Positions 28,104 through 38,068 of a stretch of DNA of 64,000 nt are shown piece after piece (positions within the stretch are counted from its first letter, which is position 1; each line of letters starts with the position of its first letter). A program made the translations under genes and the position numbers. The notes beneath the pieces were generated by a model. The model saw only the letters and a list, made by a program, of their open reading frames with translations, was not told the DNA's origin and ran no database searches. This stretch comes from an uncultured Gammaproteobacteria bacterium (GTDB lineage Bacteria > Patescibacteriota > Microgenomatia > Levybacterales > GWA1-39-11). The DNA lies in the NCBI GenBank assembly GCA_964427615.1, contig CAYRUR010000002.1:81847-145846 (forward strand), in the 5' to 3' direction.

Positions 28104-29225
28104 TTATTTTTTTTCTAAATTTTCTCTAAAAAATTCTACAGTCCTTTGCATTGCCTGAGTAAAGCTGCTTCCATTAATATTATGTCCTCCAGATGAGTAT
28201 TCATAGAAAGTATGCTTTACCGCAGTTGCATCAAGGAGTGTATTCAAGTCCTTGCTATACCCAATATTTACCACGGTATCATCTTTGGCATGATGAATCT
28301 CAATTGCACCCTTCAGGTCTGAGAGATAATTTGTTACAGCCACCTGTTTCCAAAAAGGGCTATCTACACGAGGCTGTCCATACCTATTAAATAACTCTCT
28401 TCTTTTTCTTTGTCTCTCAGATTCATCCTGGGGAGGTCTATAGCTTGAGTCTTGAATACCGTATTTGAGCATATCTGTATAGGAATATACGGCGCCTGCC
28501 CAAATAACCCCTGCTGGAATATCAGGTTTCGCTGCCATGCTCCGCATCACAACGTTGCCTGCCATGCTATGTCCCCACAATCCTATTTTTTTAGCATTTA
28601 CAAAATCACTTGATTGTAAAGCAGCATAGGCATTTAATGTATCCACTACATAATCAGATCCAAAGTATCCCCCACCCGACTCACCTTCTGATTCTCCATG
28701 TCCTCGCAAATCAATTTTGAAAACCACAAATCCATGAGAAGCTAAATAGTCAACATAATCAACATACTTTTCAAGTGTTCTATATTGAGAAGGAGGAATA
28801 TATCCATGTACAAAAACAATAGCAGGCCATCCACCTGCAGGCATCTCACCTTTTGGTCTTGTAAGCAATCCGTGTATCTTAAAACCATCAGAATTATAGT
28901 AAGTAAGATAAGATGTATAGGTAGCCTTCTCTGCCACATGGGTCATTTCTCCTAACTCACTTTGATATATTTTCTCTCGCAAGTAGGGAATAGTTAACTC
29001 CTCAAAAGGAAATGGTGTAGGAGAAATAATAGAGTTAGATTTCTCACCATTAGAAGAAAAAAAACTCTTTTCTATTTTATTGCTATCACCCAGAAAATAG
29101 ATTCCTCCTACTACAGTAAGTACCAACATAAAGATAGTAACAACTATCCATATCTTTTTTGAGGCATAGGGTGCATGTTTTTGAGGCAGCATAGGACTAC
29201 CTGCGTTTTTTACTGTATCTTTCAT
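28104..29225 (-). CDS. alpha/beta hydrolase (dienelactone hydrolase / S9 peptidase-like), N-terminal TM anchor
   Basis: 373 aa; nucleophile elbow GHSMAG. Confidence 0.65.
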   Translation of the reverse strand: MKDTVKNAGSPMLPQKHAPYASKKIWIVVTIFMLVLTVVGGIYFLGDSNKIEKSFFSSNGEKSNSIISPTPFPFEELTIPYLREKIYQSELGEMTHVAEKATYTSYLTYYNSDGFKIHGLLTRPKGEMPAGGWPAIVFVHGYIPPSQYRTLEKYVDYVDYLASHGFVVFKIDLRGHGESEGESGGGYFGSDYVVDTLNAYAALQSSDFVNAKKIGLWGHSMAGNVVMRSMAAKPDIPAGVIWAGAVYSYTDMLKYGIQDSSYRPPQDESERQRKRRELFNRYGQPRVDSPFWKQVAVTNYLSDLKGAIEIHHAKDDTVVNIGYSKDLNTLLDATAVKHTFYEYSSGGHNINGSSFTQAMQRTVEFFRENLEKK

Positions 29226-29303
29226 GGGGTACTAGTATACGAGATTTTTGGATACGTTAAAAGGCTTTTTTGGATGTATGTTTAATTCTTACACACAAAC
29301 ACA

Positions 29304-29852
29304 TTAGTCTTTTCCTAATGCTTCTTGGATACCTTTTACGTCTCTTTCTTTTACCGCTGTCATCAATTTCTTGATAGTATCAAAGATTACGGGTAACTCT
29401 AAATAATCAATACCAATTGCAACCCAGGCAAGCCAGGTAGGAAGTACCGTACCTCCCCCCCTCCCCGTCAACTCTTCTACTACAAATTCATCAGTAATCC
29501 AAAAAATATGCAAGAATTGGGAGTTAATAAAGAAAAGATAGAGAATACTTCTCATTTTGTGTCCTTTACGATACTCATTCAGGTAAATAAGTGAAGTAGT
29601 AATAATCGCTGGAATTTCCAAATAATCTACTAACAGTATCAAAAACTCCCATATACCCGTAATTTCAAAAAAGCTTTTTCCTACCAAACGTAAAGCTATT
29701 ACATGAGCACTTAACCAATAGAGATGCACCAGTTGTAAAAGAAAAAGGCCAACAGCAATACTGACATTTAAAATGTAGTGCCGCTCATACCAAGCAAAAA
29801 ATTGTTGTATTATTCTTTTCATAGTAATCTCTTGTCTGTTTCTATTATGCAA
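29304..29852 (-). CDS. hypothetical polytopic membrane protein
   Basis: 182-aa ORF, 4-5 TM helices. Confidence 0.45.
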   Translation of the reverse strand: MHNRNRQEITMKRIIQQFFAWYERHYILNVSIAVGLFLLQLVHLYWLSAHVIALRLVGKSFFEITGIWEFLILLVDYLEIPAIITTSLIYLNEYRKGHKMRSILYLFFINSQFLHIFWITDEFVVEELTGRGGGTVLPTWLAWVAIGIDYLELPVIFDTIKKLMTAVKERDVKGIQEALGKD

Positions 29853-29952
29853 AAAGTATTAAAAAAATGCCAACCAATACATTACATTTTCAAACACTCT
29901 CTCATCTTGCGCGTTTGCACCTGGCAAAGGAATATGGTATAAAAAACACCTC

Positions 29953-30402
29953 ATGAATCTTCTAGGGCAAAATGAGCTCGCGTTTCTAGCAGATCTAATC
30001 CTCGCTTTTATTTGTGGAGTCATTATTGGTGGAGAGCGAGAGCTAAAACAAAAACCAGCTGGTATTAGCACACAAACCCTCGTTATTGGCGCTTCTATGA
30101 CGTTCTCATTTATCTCTCAAAACGTAGGTGTGGGGGACCCTACCAGAATTGCTGCTCAAATTGTCTCAGGAGTAGGGTTCTTGGGTGCAGGAATTATCCT
30201 CAGGTCTGAAAAATCAAAGACTGTCTCAAACCTTACAACTGCCGCAAGTATTTGGTATTCTGCTTCTATCGGAATGGCTCTTGGCTTTGACTATCACCTC
30301 ATAGCAATTGCTGCTACTATTTATGCAGTTGTTATCAGTAGAATTCCTCACATTAACAAACGAGAAGAAGATTTTGACGATCCTTCGAATAAAGGTAGAT
30401 AA
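29953..30402 (+). CDS. MgtC/SapB-family membrane protein
   Basis: 149 aa; GVIIGGERE...AGISTQTLV MgtC N-domain pattern. Confidence 0.65.
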   Translation: MNLLGQNELAFLADLILAFICGVIIGGERELKQKPAGISTQTLVIGASMTFSFISQNVGVGDPTRIAAQIVSGVGFLGAGIILRSEKSKTVSNLTTAASIWYSASIGMALGFDYHLIAIAATIYAVVISRIPHINKREEDFDDPSNKGR

Positions 30403-30443
30403 TGCTCTTACTTTATCTTTTTCATTTATTTCCCAGATAGCGT

Positions 30444-30902
30444 ATGATAAAGATAGTGAAAAACACTCCACTTATTCCCTATTTTGAGACCACACGTTAT
30501 CGAGTAGATGCTATGGTAGAGCTCGCTAATGCAAAATCAGGTGAAAAAGGAGCTGATTTAGGTGCAGGAGATGGAAGAATTCTGATTGCTTTTGCAAAAA
30601 CAGGGGTTGAAATGCATGGGTTTGAAATAGATCAAAACTATGTTAGCCAAGCCCAAAAAAACATCCAAAAAGCAGGAATTACACAAAACGCAATTTTACA
30701 CAACAAAAATTTTTGGGAAGAAGATTTATCATCCTACTCTATTATTACTATTTATGGCATGCCGGATGTTATGCAACAACTTGAGGAAAAATTGCAAAAA
30801 GAATTAAAACCAGGATCTTGCGTTTTATCTAACTACTACCCTTTTCCCAATTGGAAAGAAGAGAAGAAAAAGGATAATGTGTATCTATATATCAAAGGAT
30901 GA
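30444..30902 (+). CDS. small class I SAM-dependent methyltransferase-like protein (paralog of 38069-38569)
   Basis: 152 aa; motif I DLGAGDGRI; ~40% identity to paralog. Confidence 0.5.
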   Translation: MIKIVKNTPLIPYFETTRYRVDAMVELANAKSGEKGADLGAGDGRILIAFAKTGVEMHGFEIDQNYVSQAQKNIQKAGITQNAILHNKNFWEEDLSSYSIITIYGMPDVMQQLEEKLQKELKPGSCVLSNYYPFPNWKEEKKKDNVYLYIKG

Positions 30903-31009
30903 TCACTCTATTAGTTATAGAATAGAGCCAAGAAATGCACTCCACTTTTATACAGAACACCTTCTCTTATTGACAAATAAGTAATAAATACTTAACAATA
31001 ATATAGCAT

Positions 31010-31462
31010 ATGCAAGATACTTCTAGTGACTTCTTCAATCTTCTTATACAGCTGAGTATCCTCATTCCCCTTGTCTCTCTTTCTCTTATCGGACAATGGA
31101 AATTGTACGAAAAAGCAAGATATCCGGGATGGGCTTGTCTTATACCATTTTATGGACAGTATGTTTTACTAAAAATAGTCAATAGACCAGGATGGTGGCT
31201 TATCTTCTACTTTATCCCTTTTGGGAGTATAATACTTGGGCTTATTGTCGCAATGGATCTGGCAGAGGCATTTGGTAGAAGCGGTCTTTTTGGATTTTTC
31301 CTCAATTTTCTCTTCCAACCAATTGGATTTATAATTCTAGGCTTTGGAAAATCACAATATCAAAGAGGAAATAATACTCCTCCATTAACACCTCCGGTTG
31401 CTCCAGTACCAACTGTTGCAGCCCCATTACAACCACCCTCTACTCCTAACCAACCAGCCTAA
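31010..31462 (+). CDS. DUF5684-like small membrane protein with Pro-rich C-terminal tail
   Basis: 150 aa; WKLYEKARYPGWACLIPFYGQYVLLKIV pattern. Confidence 0.5.
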   Translation: MQDTSSDFFNLLIQLSILIPLVSLSLIGQWKLYEKARYPGWACLIPFYGQYVLLKIVNRPGWWLIFYFIPFGSIILGLIVAMDLAEAFGRSGLFGFFLNFLFQPIGFIILGFGKSQYQRGNNTPPLTPPVAPVPTVAAPLQPPSTPNQPA

Positions 31463-31707
31463 ACGTATATTTTTCTTCTTCAAACGTTTAGCCAATATAA
31501 AAAAGAGCTTCTCTCTAGAAGTCACTTCAAACCTCTTTACTGTTGTCATCCTGATAAGTTACCAAACGCATACAGAATCTCTAACAGAAGAAACCTGATT
31601 CTGAACAGGTCCTTCGATCATGATCTCAGGATCAATGACCAGAATGACTGATTTTGAAAAGACTTTATGTTTAGAATCTGAAAGGAACTAGTTACGAGGA
31701 AGAAAAA

Positions 31708-32550
31708 TTATATTTTCTGAAGTCTTTTTACTCGCTCCTCAACTGGCGGATGAGTTGAAAAAAGATGCATCATTTTACTGCCTAGTCCACCGAATGGATC
31801 TGAAATATAGAGAGACGAAATCGCAGGATTTGCGTTCATAGGGTTACGTTTTGCAGAATCATGAATTGCTACTAGTGCTTTTGCTAACGGCTGTCCAGTA
31901 CCAATCGTTTTTGCACCTGTTGTATCAGCTGCAAACTCCCGTTGTCTGGAAATTGCCATTTGAACAATAGAAGCAGCAATCGGCACAAGCAACGCAACTA
32001 CAATACCTAAAACCCCTGCTCCAGGATTTTCTTCGTTATCTCCACTACTACCAAAACCACTAAAAAGACTCATGTTAGCAAGAAAAGAAATGCTACTTGC
32101 CAGAACCGCTGCAATAGTTGCGATCAAAACATCACGGTTCTTCACATGCGCTAATTCATGAGCTAACACTCCTCTTAATTCGTCTTTTGAAAGTACTTGC
32201 AAAATACCTTCTGTAACTGCAACTGAGGCATGTCCTGGTCCTCTTCCCGTAGCAAATGCGTTTGCTTGTTGATCAGGAGTAATATAAAGTTTTGGCATGG
32301 GGATATTAATTTTGTGAGAAAGGTCCTGTATCATGCTATAAATTTCCCCATGTGTATTTCTATCCAAAGGCTTTGCCCGACTCATAGAAAGCGCAAGTTT
32401 ATCAGAGAAAAAGTACATGCCTCCATTCATGAGAAGTGAGAAAATAAAAGCAGTATAAATACCCTGCCTACCACCAAAAAAACCACCAAGTGTGATAAGG
32501 ATTACGCTTAAAATACCTAACAGAAGAAATGTTTTCAGAAGACTACCCAT
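31708..32550 (-). CDS. htpX: M48-family zinc metalloprotease HtpX
   Basis: 280 aa; HELAHV motif, TM helices. Confidence 0.8.
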   Translation of the reverse strand: MGSLLKTFLLLGILSVILITLGGFFGGRQGIYTAFIFSLLMNGGMYFFSDKLALSMSRAKPLDRNTHGEIYSMIQDLSHKINIPMPKLYITPDQQANAFATGRGPGHASVAVTEGILQVLSKDELRGVLAHELAHVKNRDVLIATIAAVLASSISFLANMSLFSGFGSSGDNEENPGAGVLGIVVALLVPIAASIVQMAISRQREFAADTTGAKTIGTGQPLAKALVAIHDSAKRNPMNANPAISSLYISDPFGGLGSKMMHLFSTHPPVEERVKRLQKI

Positions 32551-32602
32551 ACCAGTATTATATACAATACCACAATTTATTCAATCTTTAGTGTCTGTAA
32601 GC

Positions 32603-33193
32603 TTAATTGTCCTGGATATAATACCGAATCTCCTCTTTTTGAAGATCGAGAAGATTATATAAATAGGTAATATCCTTATCTGTGTGCCTAATACATCCAG
32701 AACTTCCTGGATTTTCTACTGACAATCGACTCATATCTCCATTTACTCCATGCAATCCAAAATACCCGGGTAGCTGCCAGTTACACTGACCATTGCATTC
32801 CAGGTATGGTTCTGGTCCAAAGGGTTCTTTCTCTCCTACCGGTACATTAAGCGTTAAAAAATAGGGAGCTGTCTCAGGATTATCTTTTGTTTCCATTTTG
32901 TCTGTAATAACCCAATACTCTTTTCCAACTAATTCTGGAAGTGGTGTGGGTTTCTCACCTGGTACACCAGTTTTGACAGTAAATGTTTTTACCACTTTGC
33001 TTTTTTCTGTATTTCCTGGTACTCCTTGATATAACAACTCTTTATTTGATTTACGATGTAATAAAAACCAATAAGCTGTTTTTTCCTGAACTGATTCTTC
33101 TGTAACTTGCTTTTGAGATGGTGTTTGATTGTTGAGTGCCAAACCAATACCAATGCCAAAAAGTGCAACTAAAATACCGATGAAAATGCGCAT
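32603..33193 (-). CDS. L,D-transpeptidase (YkuD domain)
   Basis: 196 aa; HGxn...SSGCIRH catalytic motif; N-terminal signal/anchor. Confidence 0.75.
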   Translation of the reverse strand: MRIFIGILVALFGIGIGLALNNQTPSQKQVTEESVQEKTAYWFLLHRKSNKELLYQGVPGNTEKSKVVKTFTVKTGVPGEKPTPLPELVGKEYWVITDKMETKDNPETAPYFLTLNVPVGEKEPFGPEPYLECNGQCNWQLPGYFGLHGVNGDMSRLSVENPGSSGCIRHTDKDITYLYNLLDLQKEEIRYYIQDN

Positions 33194-33243
33194 ACTCTGT
33201 ATTGTATCAGAATGAATCGGGAAAAATTTGATACAATACCCTC

Positions 33244-34353
33244 ATGAAAAAGAGGCACTTTGCTTTTATTGTGTTTATCCTACTTCCTACAACGGCAGTA
33301 ATTGCTCTTGTGATTTCAAAAACAGTAATTCCTCCATTGGTTGCAACCCCTAAGTTAAAAAACAGTCCTGCTCCTTCTTCAAATATGCATACAAACAAAA
33401 CCTCATTACCCACTCCCCCACCTTCAAAAATACTGGAAAACAATTACCATATTTTCCAATCCTTTAATAACTGCGGGCCAGCAGCACTTTCTATGGCGCT
33501 TTCCTATTTTGATATTCAAAAAAGCCAACAAGAATTAGGTCAAGCCTTGCGTCCTTACCAAAACCCACAAGGAGACAATGATGATAAATCAGTAACATTA
33601 GAAGAATTAGCGCAAGAAGCTGAAAAATATGGACTCATTGCTTATCATAGGCCAAACGGAAATATAGCACTCATAAAAAAATTCATTGCTGCTGATATCC
33701 CAGTTGTTACCCGCACTTGGTTGAAGGAACATGAAGATATCGGACACTACAGAATCGTTAAAGGATATGATGACAACACCCAGGAGTTAATCCAAGATGA
33801 TTCATTACAAGGAAAAAACCTTCGTTATTCTTATAAAACATTTAATGACCTGTGGCAAAAATATAACTATGAATTTTTAGTACTTGTTCCTAAAGAAAAA
33901 CAAAAAGAAGCAGAATCAATTTTGGGAGAAATAGCAGATCCCAAAATTGCATGGGAAAAAGCAGTAAAAGATATAGAAAAAACACTAGAGACAAATCCTG
34001 ATGATATATATGCTCTTTTTAATCTATCTGTTGCCTTGTACCACACAGGCGATTATCAAAAATCAGTAGAAGCCTATGAACAAGTTGCAGATAGACTTCC
34101 GAAACGCACTCTCTGGTATCAGATAGAACCTATTCAAGCATATTTTGCACTTGGAAACTATGAAAAAGTATTTTCTCTCACTGATGCCATTTTAGAAAAT
34201 CAAAACAGGGCTTTTTCAGAAATTTATCTTTTGAGAGGAGAAATCTATAAAAAACAAGGGAATCTGAACGCTGCAAAAAGGGAATTTGAAAAAGCAGTAC
34301 TTTACAATAAAAACTTGTTGGAAGCACAAAATGCCCTTTCTTCTCTAGAATAA
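33244..34353 (+). CDS. C39-like papain-fold peptidase domain fused to TPR repeats, secreted/anchored
   Basis: 369 aa; FQSFNNCGPAALSMAL catalytic-Cys motif; C-terminal TPR-like repeats. Confidence 0.6.
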   Translation: MKKRHFAFIVFILLPTTAVIALVISKTVIPPLVATPKLKNSPAPSSNMHTNKTSLPTPPPSKILENNYHIFQSFNNCGPAALSMALSYFDIQKSQQELGQALRPYQNPQGDNDDKSVTLEELAQEAEKYGLIAYHRPNGNIALIKKFIAADIPVVTRTWLKEHEDIGHYRIVKGYDDNTQELIQDDSLQGKNLRYSYKTFNDLWQKYNYEFLVLVPKEKQKEAESILGEIADPKIAWEKAVKDIEKTLETNPDDIYALFNLSVALYHTGDYQKSVEAYEQVADRLPKRTLWYQIEPIQAYFALGNYEKVFSLTDAILENQNRAFSEIYLLRGEIYKKQGNLNAAKREFEKAVLYNKNLLEAQNALSSLE

Positions 34354-34440
34354 CTACTATTCTCGTGGATGAACAAACTCCTTTCATCCCTCCCACCCAC
34401 ATCACCTATACTTATTCACTCAACACAGAGAAAGCATCTT

Positions 34441-34836
34441 CTATTTATTTCCTCTTCCATTTCCGTTATGCTTTCGTTCTCTTGGCTTTACGGTAATGTT
34501 GTTGACTACATCCACTACCCCACTACTCCAGTAAGCATCACCATAAGCAAGTGGTTTTGTGCGAGGATTTTTTACTTCCCCAGAGAGAGTTGCCACACCA
34601 TCTTTCACACTTACCTGAATCCTGTTCTCATCTGAAAGGGTAATTCCAGGATCCGCAGCGATATTATCTCTTACGATATCCGCAATTTCGTTATCATCTA
34701 AGATGAAATTTCTATTGTAATCGTATAGATCTAAGTCGGTGAATCCGGTGGGCGCTCCCCACCAATAGTAAGAAACATAAGGGAAGTTTGGATAGGTATA
34801 GAAATCATATGTAATTGGTCCAAATCTATCTGGCAT
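34441..34836 (-). CDS. BON-domain protein
   Basis: 131 aa; IQVSVKDGVATLSGEV...VVDVVNNITV. Confidence 0.5.
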   Translation of the reverse strand: MPDRFGPITYDFYTYPNFPYVSYYWWGAPTGFTDLDLYDYNRNFILDDNEIADIVRDNIAADPGITLSDENRIQVSVKDGVATLSGEVKNPRTKPLAYGDAYWSSGVVDVVNNITVKPRERKHNGNGRGNK

Positions 34837-34946
34837 ATTTGTTCACCTCCTTTTGTAAATTTAAGTCCATGGTATTGCATACAAATAAGATGATTTTAAA
34901 ATTCAGGTAAGTAATGTGTAATGGTTACCTTGAACAGAAAATAAGT

Positions 34947-35759
34947 CTATTTTTCGTAGTCTTCTTCCAAAATATAGGAGACAAATTGCTTACCTAATTC
35001 AGTCAGGACATACCTTTTTGTATCATCAAAGGTTGAAACTCGTGTGTTTGTTTCTTCCTCTGTTTTTTTCTGAGGCTTTGCTCTCACAAATTTGCCATAA
35101 AAGTCTTTTTCTCTGGATTGACGTATCAGATACCCCATTGTTAAATCAAGAATAAGCATTTTATACAAATCAGCTTCTGCAGAGTCTTCTGACGGAATTC
35201 CCTTATGCATCTGCAGCCACAACTCTTTGCGGGTCAATCCAGCAGGTGATGCTTCATATAAATGACGTAAAACAGTTATGTGCTCTTTTGAGTATCTATC
35301 TACCCAATCAATAAAAAGAGAAATAGCATAATCAGGACTGGTTTTTTTGGTAGCAGCACTTATCAAGGTATTACGAATAAGCACTCTTTTTTCCTCATTT
35401 TCCACAGCAGACCAATTCCGAAAACTTTTTCTCACGAGTCTCAAATATTCAGGGCTCTCAATACGACTTTTTACTTTTTTATTCTTCAAACCAAGGCACT
35501 GTAGCACCTCTATTAATGTAGTACCAATTTCTCGTATTTCATCTTCTTGCAGCCTTAACCATATCCTAACTAAATCATCAAACACAGCATGCTCTTCTGG
35601 GGTAACAGGAAGGATCAATTCTCTAATGTTCTCAACTTCTGTAGGAGAAATACCACTTAAATATGCGAGTGCTTTCTGCGCATCTTTATCCAGCTCTAAT
35701 TTTTCCTGCTGCTCTTGCTTTTTTTCATCTTTTTTCTGCATATCATTTTTCTTCTCCAC
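34947..35759 (-). CDS. hypothetical protein, downstream partner of PIF1-like helicase
   Basis: 270-aa ORF, Lys/Glu-rich N-terminus. Confidence 0.4.
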   Translation of the reverse strand: MEKKNDMQKKDEKKQEQQEKLELDKDAQKALAYLSGISPTEVENIRELILPVTPEEHAVFDDLVRIWLRLQEDEIREIGTTLIEVLQCLGLKNKKVKSRIESPEYLRLVRKSFRNWSAVENEEKRVLIRNTLISAATKKTSPDYAISLFIDWVDRYSKEHITVLRHLYEASPAGLTRKELWLQMHKGIPSEDSAEADLYKMLILDLTMGYLIRQSREKDFYGKFVRAKPQKKTEEETNTRVSTFDDTKRYVLTELGKQFVSYILEEDYEK

Positions 35760-35822
35760 TAATACAATATGCTTATGAAAATCGTGCCAAAAAAATATAA
35801 TAGATTAGCAAGAAAAAAATCA

Positions 35823-37190
35823 TTACGAATAAAAAGAGGCATGAGGATCATAAAAACGCTTGCGTTTATCTTTTTTACCTTGTTCTTTTAACTCTTCTAT
35901 AGCAATTTTTTGTTGCGCCTCTATCTCATACCATGCAACAAAAGCTAACTCTTCTTGCAGTTGGGTAGAAAGGTTTCGCAATGTGTAATCAAAAGCCAAT
36001 ACTTTCTCGTCTACCACTAATGCCTTATGATTCAAACCCATCAAACGCAGCCCTTTTAGCGAACGAATACGAGACAAAGCAACATATCCCATTCCAGGAA
36101 CAAAGGGTCTCCCCAGATCTATTTCTGCTGCATCCAGGCTCATACCTTGACTTTTATGTACTGTCATTGCCCATGCAAGGCGCAAAGGCAACTGCCTAAT
36201 ACGTGCTTTTTCTTCACCATCTTCTTCAATGTTCCACTCAGAGTGAGCTACCTCAATAACCTCGCCTCTATTGGTAATCACTATTGGCAATCCTTTTTTT
36301 GTAAAGTCTTCTACTACCCCCAATGTTCCATTGACATATCCTTTCTCAAAGTTGTTTTTCAAGAACATCACTACTGCTCCTTTTTTTAACATAAGAGTAG
36401 CAGGAACAAGCGAATTCTTTTTCATCACTTCTACAAAATGAGGGCTTCCTTCTCCTTCCATTTCAAAGACATAAGGAGATGTTGGCAACTTCAATAGCTC
36501 CTGGCTATTTATGGTATCAACATGCTGATTGTGTGTATAGAGACGAGTAGAAATATGAGAAAGAGGTTTATAAAGACAGGATGCAAGTGTTTTGATAGAG
36601 GATTTACTGATCGTATTTTCTCTGATTTCATGCAAAATTGACACAAAATCAGCGTCTTGTTGACGGTATTCTTTATCAAGATAGCAGACATACAAATCTA
36701 ATTTCTGCCATAATCCTGACTCAAAAATAAAAGAAAGCGGTTCTCCTTTTGCCACTACGGGCGGTAGCTGAAAAAAATCTCCACAAAATACTACCTGCAT
36801 TCCCCCAAACGGTGCTCTACTTCCTTTGAAAGTCTGACAAATTTTATCTACCATACTTAAGGTATCGATTGAAAGCATGGATATTTCATCAACCACCAGA
36901 ACTTGTGTATTCCTAAAGCGTTTTCTCAGGTATTTGCGTTTTACGAGCTGTTCTACACCCTCCGGTGATAGATTCTTCTGTACTCCAATTCCTGCCCAAG
37001 AATGCAACGTGACCCCACCAATTTGAGTGGCAGCCACTCCTGTTGAGGCGGTTATTCCAACGCCAATTCCCTGTTGTTGTAAATAGGAAATATATTCGCT
37101 CAGTACATGCGTTTTTCCGCTGCCTGCAAAACCGGTCAAAAAGACATTTTTGCCTAATTTCAGAATATCAAGTGCTTGCTGTTGTGTCAT
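35823..37190 (-). CDS. PIF1/RecD-family SF1B DNA helicase
   Basis: Walker A GFAGSGKTHVL; motifs VLVVDEISM and ltTVHKSQGMSLD-like (AMTVHKSQGMSLD); start set to MTQQQ at 37190. Confidence 0.75.
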   Translation of the reverse strand: MTQQQALDILKLGKNVFLTGFAGSGKTHVLSEYISYLQQQGIGVGITASTGVAATQIGGVTLHSWAGIGVQKNLSPEGVEQLVKRKYLRKRFRNTQVLVVDEISMLSIDTLSMVDKICQTFKGSRAPFGGMQVVFCGDFFQLPPVVAKGEPLSFIFESGLWQKLDLYVCYLDKEYRQQDADFVSILHEIRENTISKSSIKTLASCLYKPLSHISTRLYTHNQHVDTINSQELLKLPTSPYVFEMEGEGSPHFVEVMKKNSLVPATLMLKKGAVVMFLKNNFEKGYVNGTLGVVEDFTKKGLPIVITNRGEVIEVAHSEWNIEEDGEEKARIRQLPLRLAWAMTVHKSQGMSLDAAEIDLGRPFVPGMGYVALSRIRSLKGLRLMGLNHKALVVDEKVLAFDYTLRNLSTQLQEELAFVAWYEIEAQQKIAIEELKEQGKKDKRKRFYDPHASFYS

Positions 37191-37281
37191 AATGCAAAAA
37201 CTGTTAAAAGAGTGTAAAAATAGGTTGGAGAGGGGCACAAGACGGGAGAGAACTTATGCCCCTCACTTTTTTTGAAAAAAC

Positions 37282-37773
37282 TTAATTCCAAAGCCAACGG
37301 GTGTGACTTCTATCTTCAGAAGAACAGAAAATACCGTGATACTGTTTACCACCTTTGGTTACCCCTTTTTTTTCAGTAGCTGGCTTTCCACATACTTCAC
37401 ATATTGCTGCTTGGAGGTTTTTTTGCTTATCATTGGACTTTTCAGACGTAGCTCGAGTCATCTCATCTGCTGAAGCCACACTCTCAATAAGCCCATATCC
37501 AGCAAAACCTAATGCTCTCCCTACTGCTGATGTTTCAGCAACTTCATACGGGTTTTCTTTTTCTATAATGCGTGCATTTTGAGGATTCACTGAACTGATT
37601 CCTGTGAAGACTTTTCCTTTCACCTTAATTGTAGCTTTAACTACAATAGGATCGTGATTAAGGACTTCTGTCTCTACTCCTTCCAACACATTATCTTCAT
37701 GTGCTAACTCTAGCCGTCTTGCTACTGTCATATACTCTTTCCCATGAATCTGTACAATTCCGTTGTTTACCAT
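37282..37773 (-). CDS. putative Rad52/Sak-like single-strand annealing protein with C-terminal Cys/His cluster
   Basis: 163 aa; GKEYMTVARRLELAHEDN and AETSAVGRALGFAGYG resemble Rad52-fold SSAP motifs (recalled from memory, not searched). Confidence 0.35.
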   Translation of the reverse strand: MVNNGIVQIHGKEYMTVARRLELAHEDNVLEGVETEVLNHDPIVVKATIKVKGKVFTGISSVNPQNARIIEKENPYEVAETSAVGRALGFAGYGLIESVASADEMTRATSEKSNDKQKNLQAAICEVCGKPATEKKGVTKGGKQYHGIFCSSEDRSHTRWLWN

Positions 37774-38068
37774 CTCTTAATCACCTCCTTTGTTTGGAGA
37801 AATAACTTTTACTCAGTTCCGTATTATTTACAGGGAAGAAAGCAGGAGAAATAGCAGGTAAAATATGTTTCGCAGTCTCCACCTCTTTTCTCTTACGTCA
37901 GCTCTCTTTCCCTGCGAAAATCGTACTAGGATTATATCATCGTTTCTAGTTTTTTTCAATCATTTTTCTAATTATTTTTGCTTATGGTTGAAGCTCTATA
38001 CACCAAAAATCGCTTTCATACTAAATTCATACGTATTCTGTATATTATTCTTTCATTACATTTATAGG

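Noticed and set aside
37282-37773. Calling the 163-aa protein a confirmed Rad52/Sak recombinase
   Set aside because: The resemblance rests on two short motif blocks recalled from memory. It is kept as a low-confidence feature and needs an HMM or structure check.
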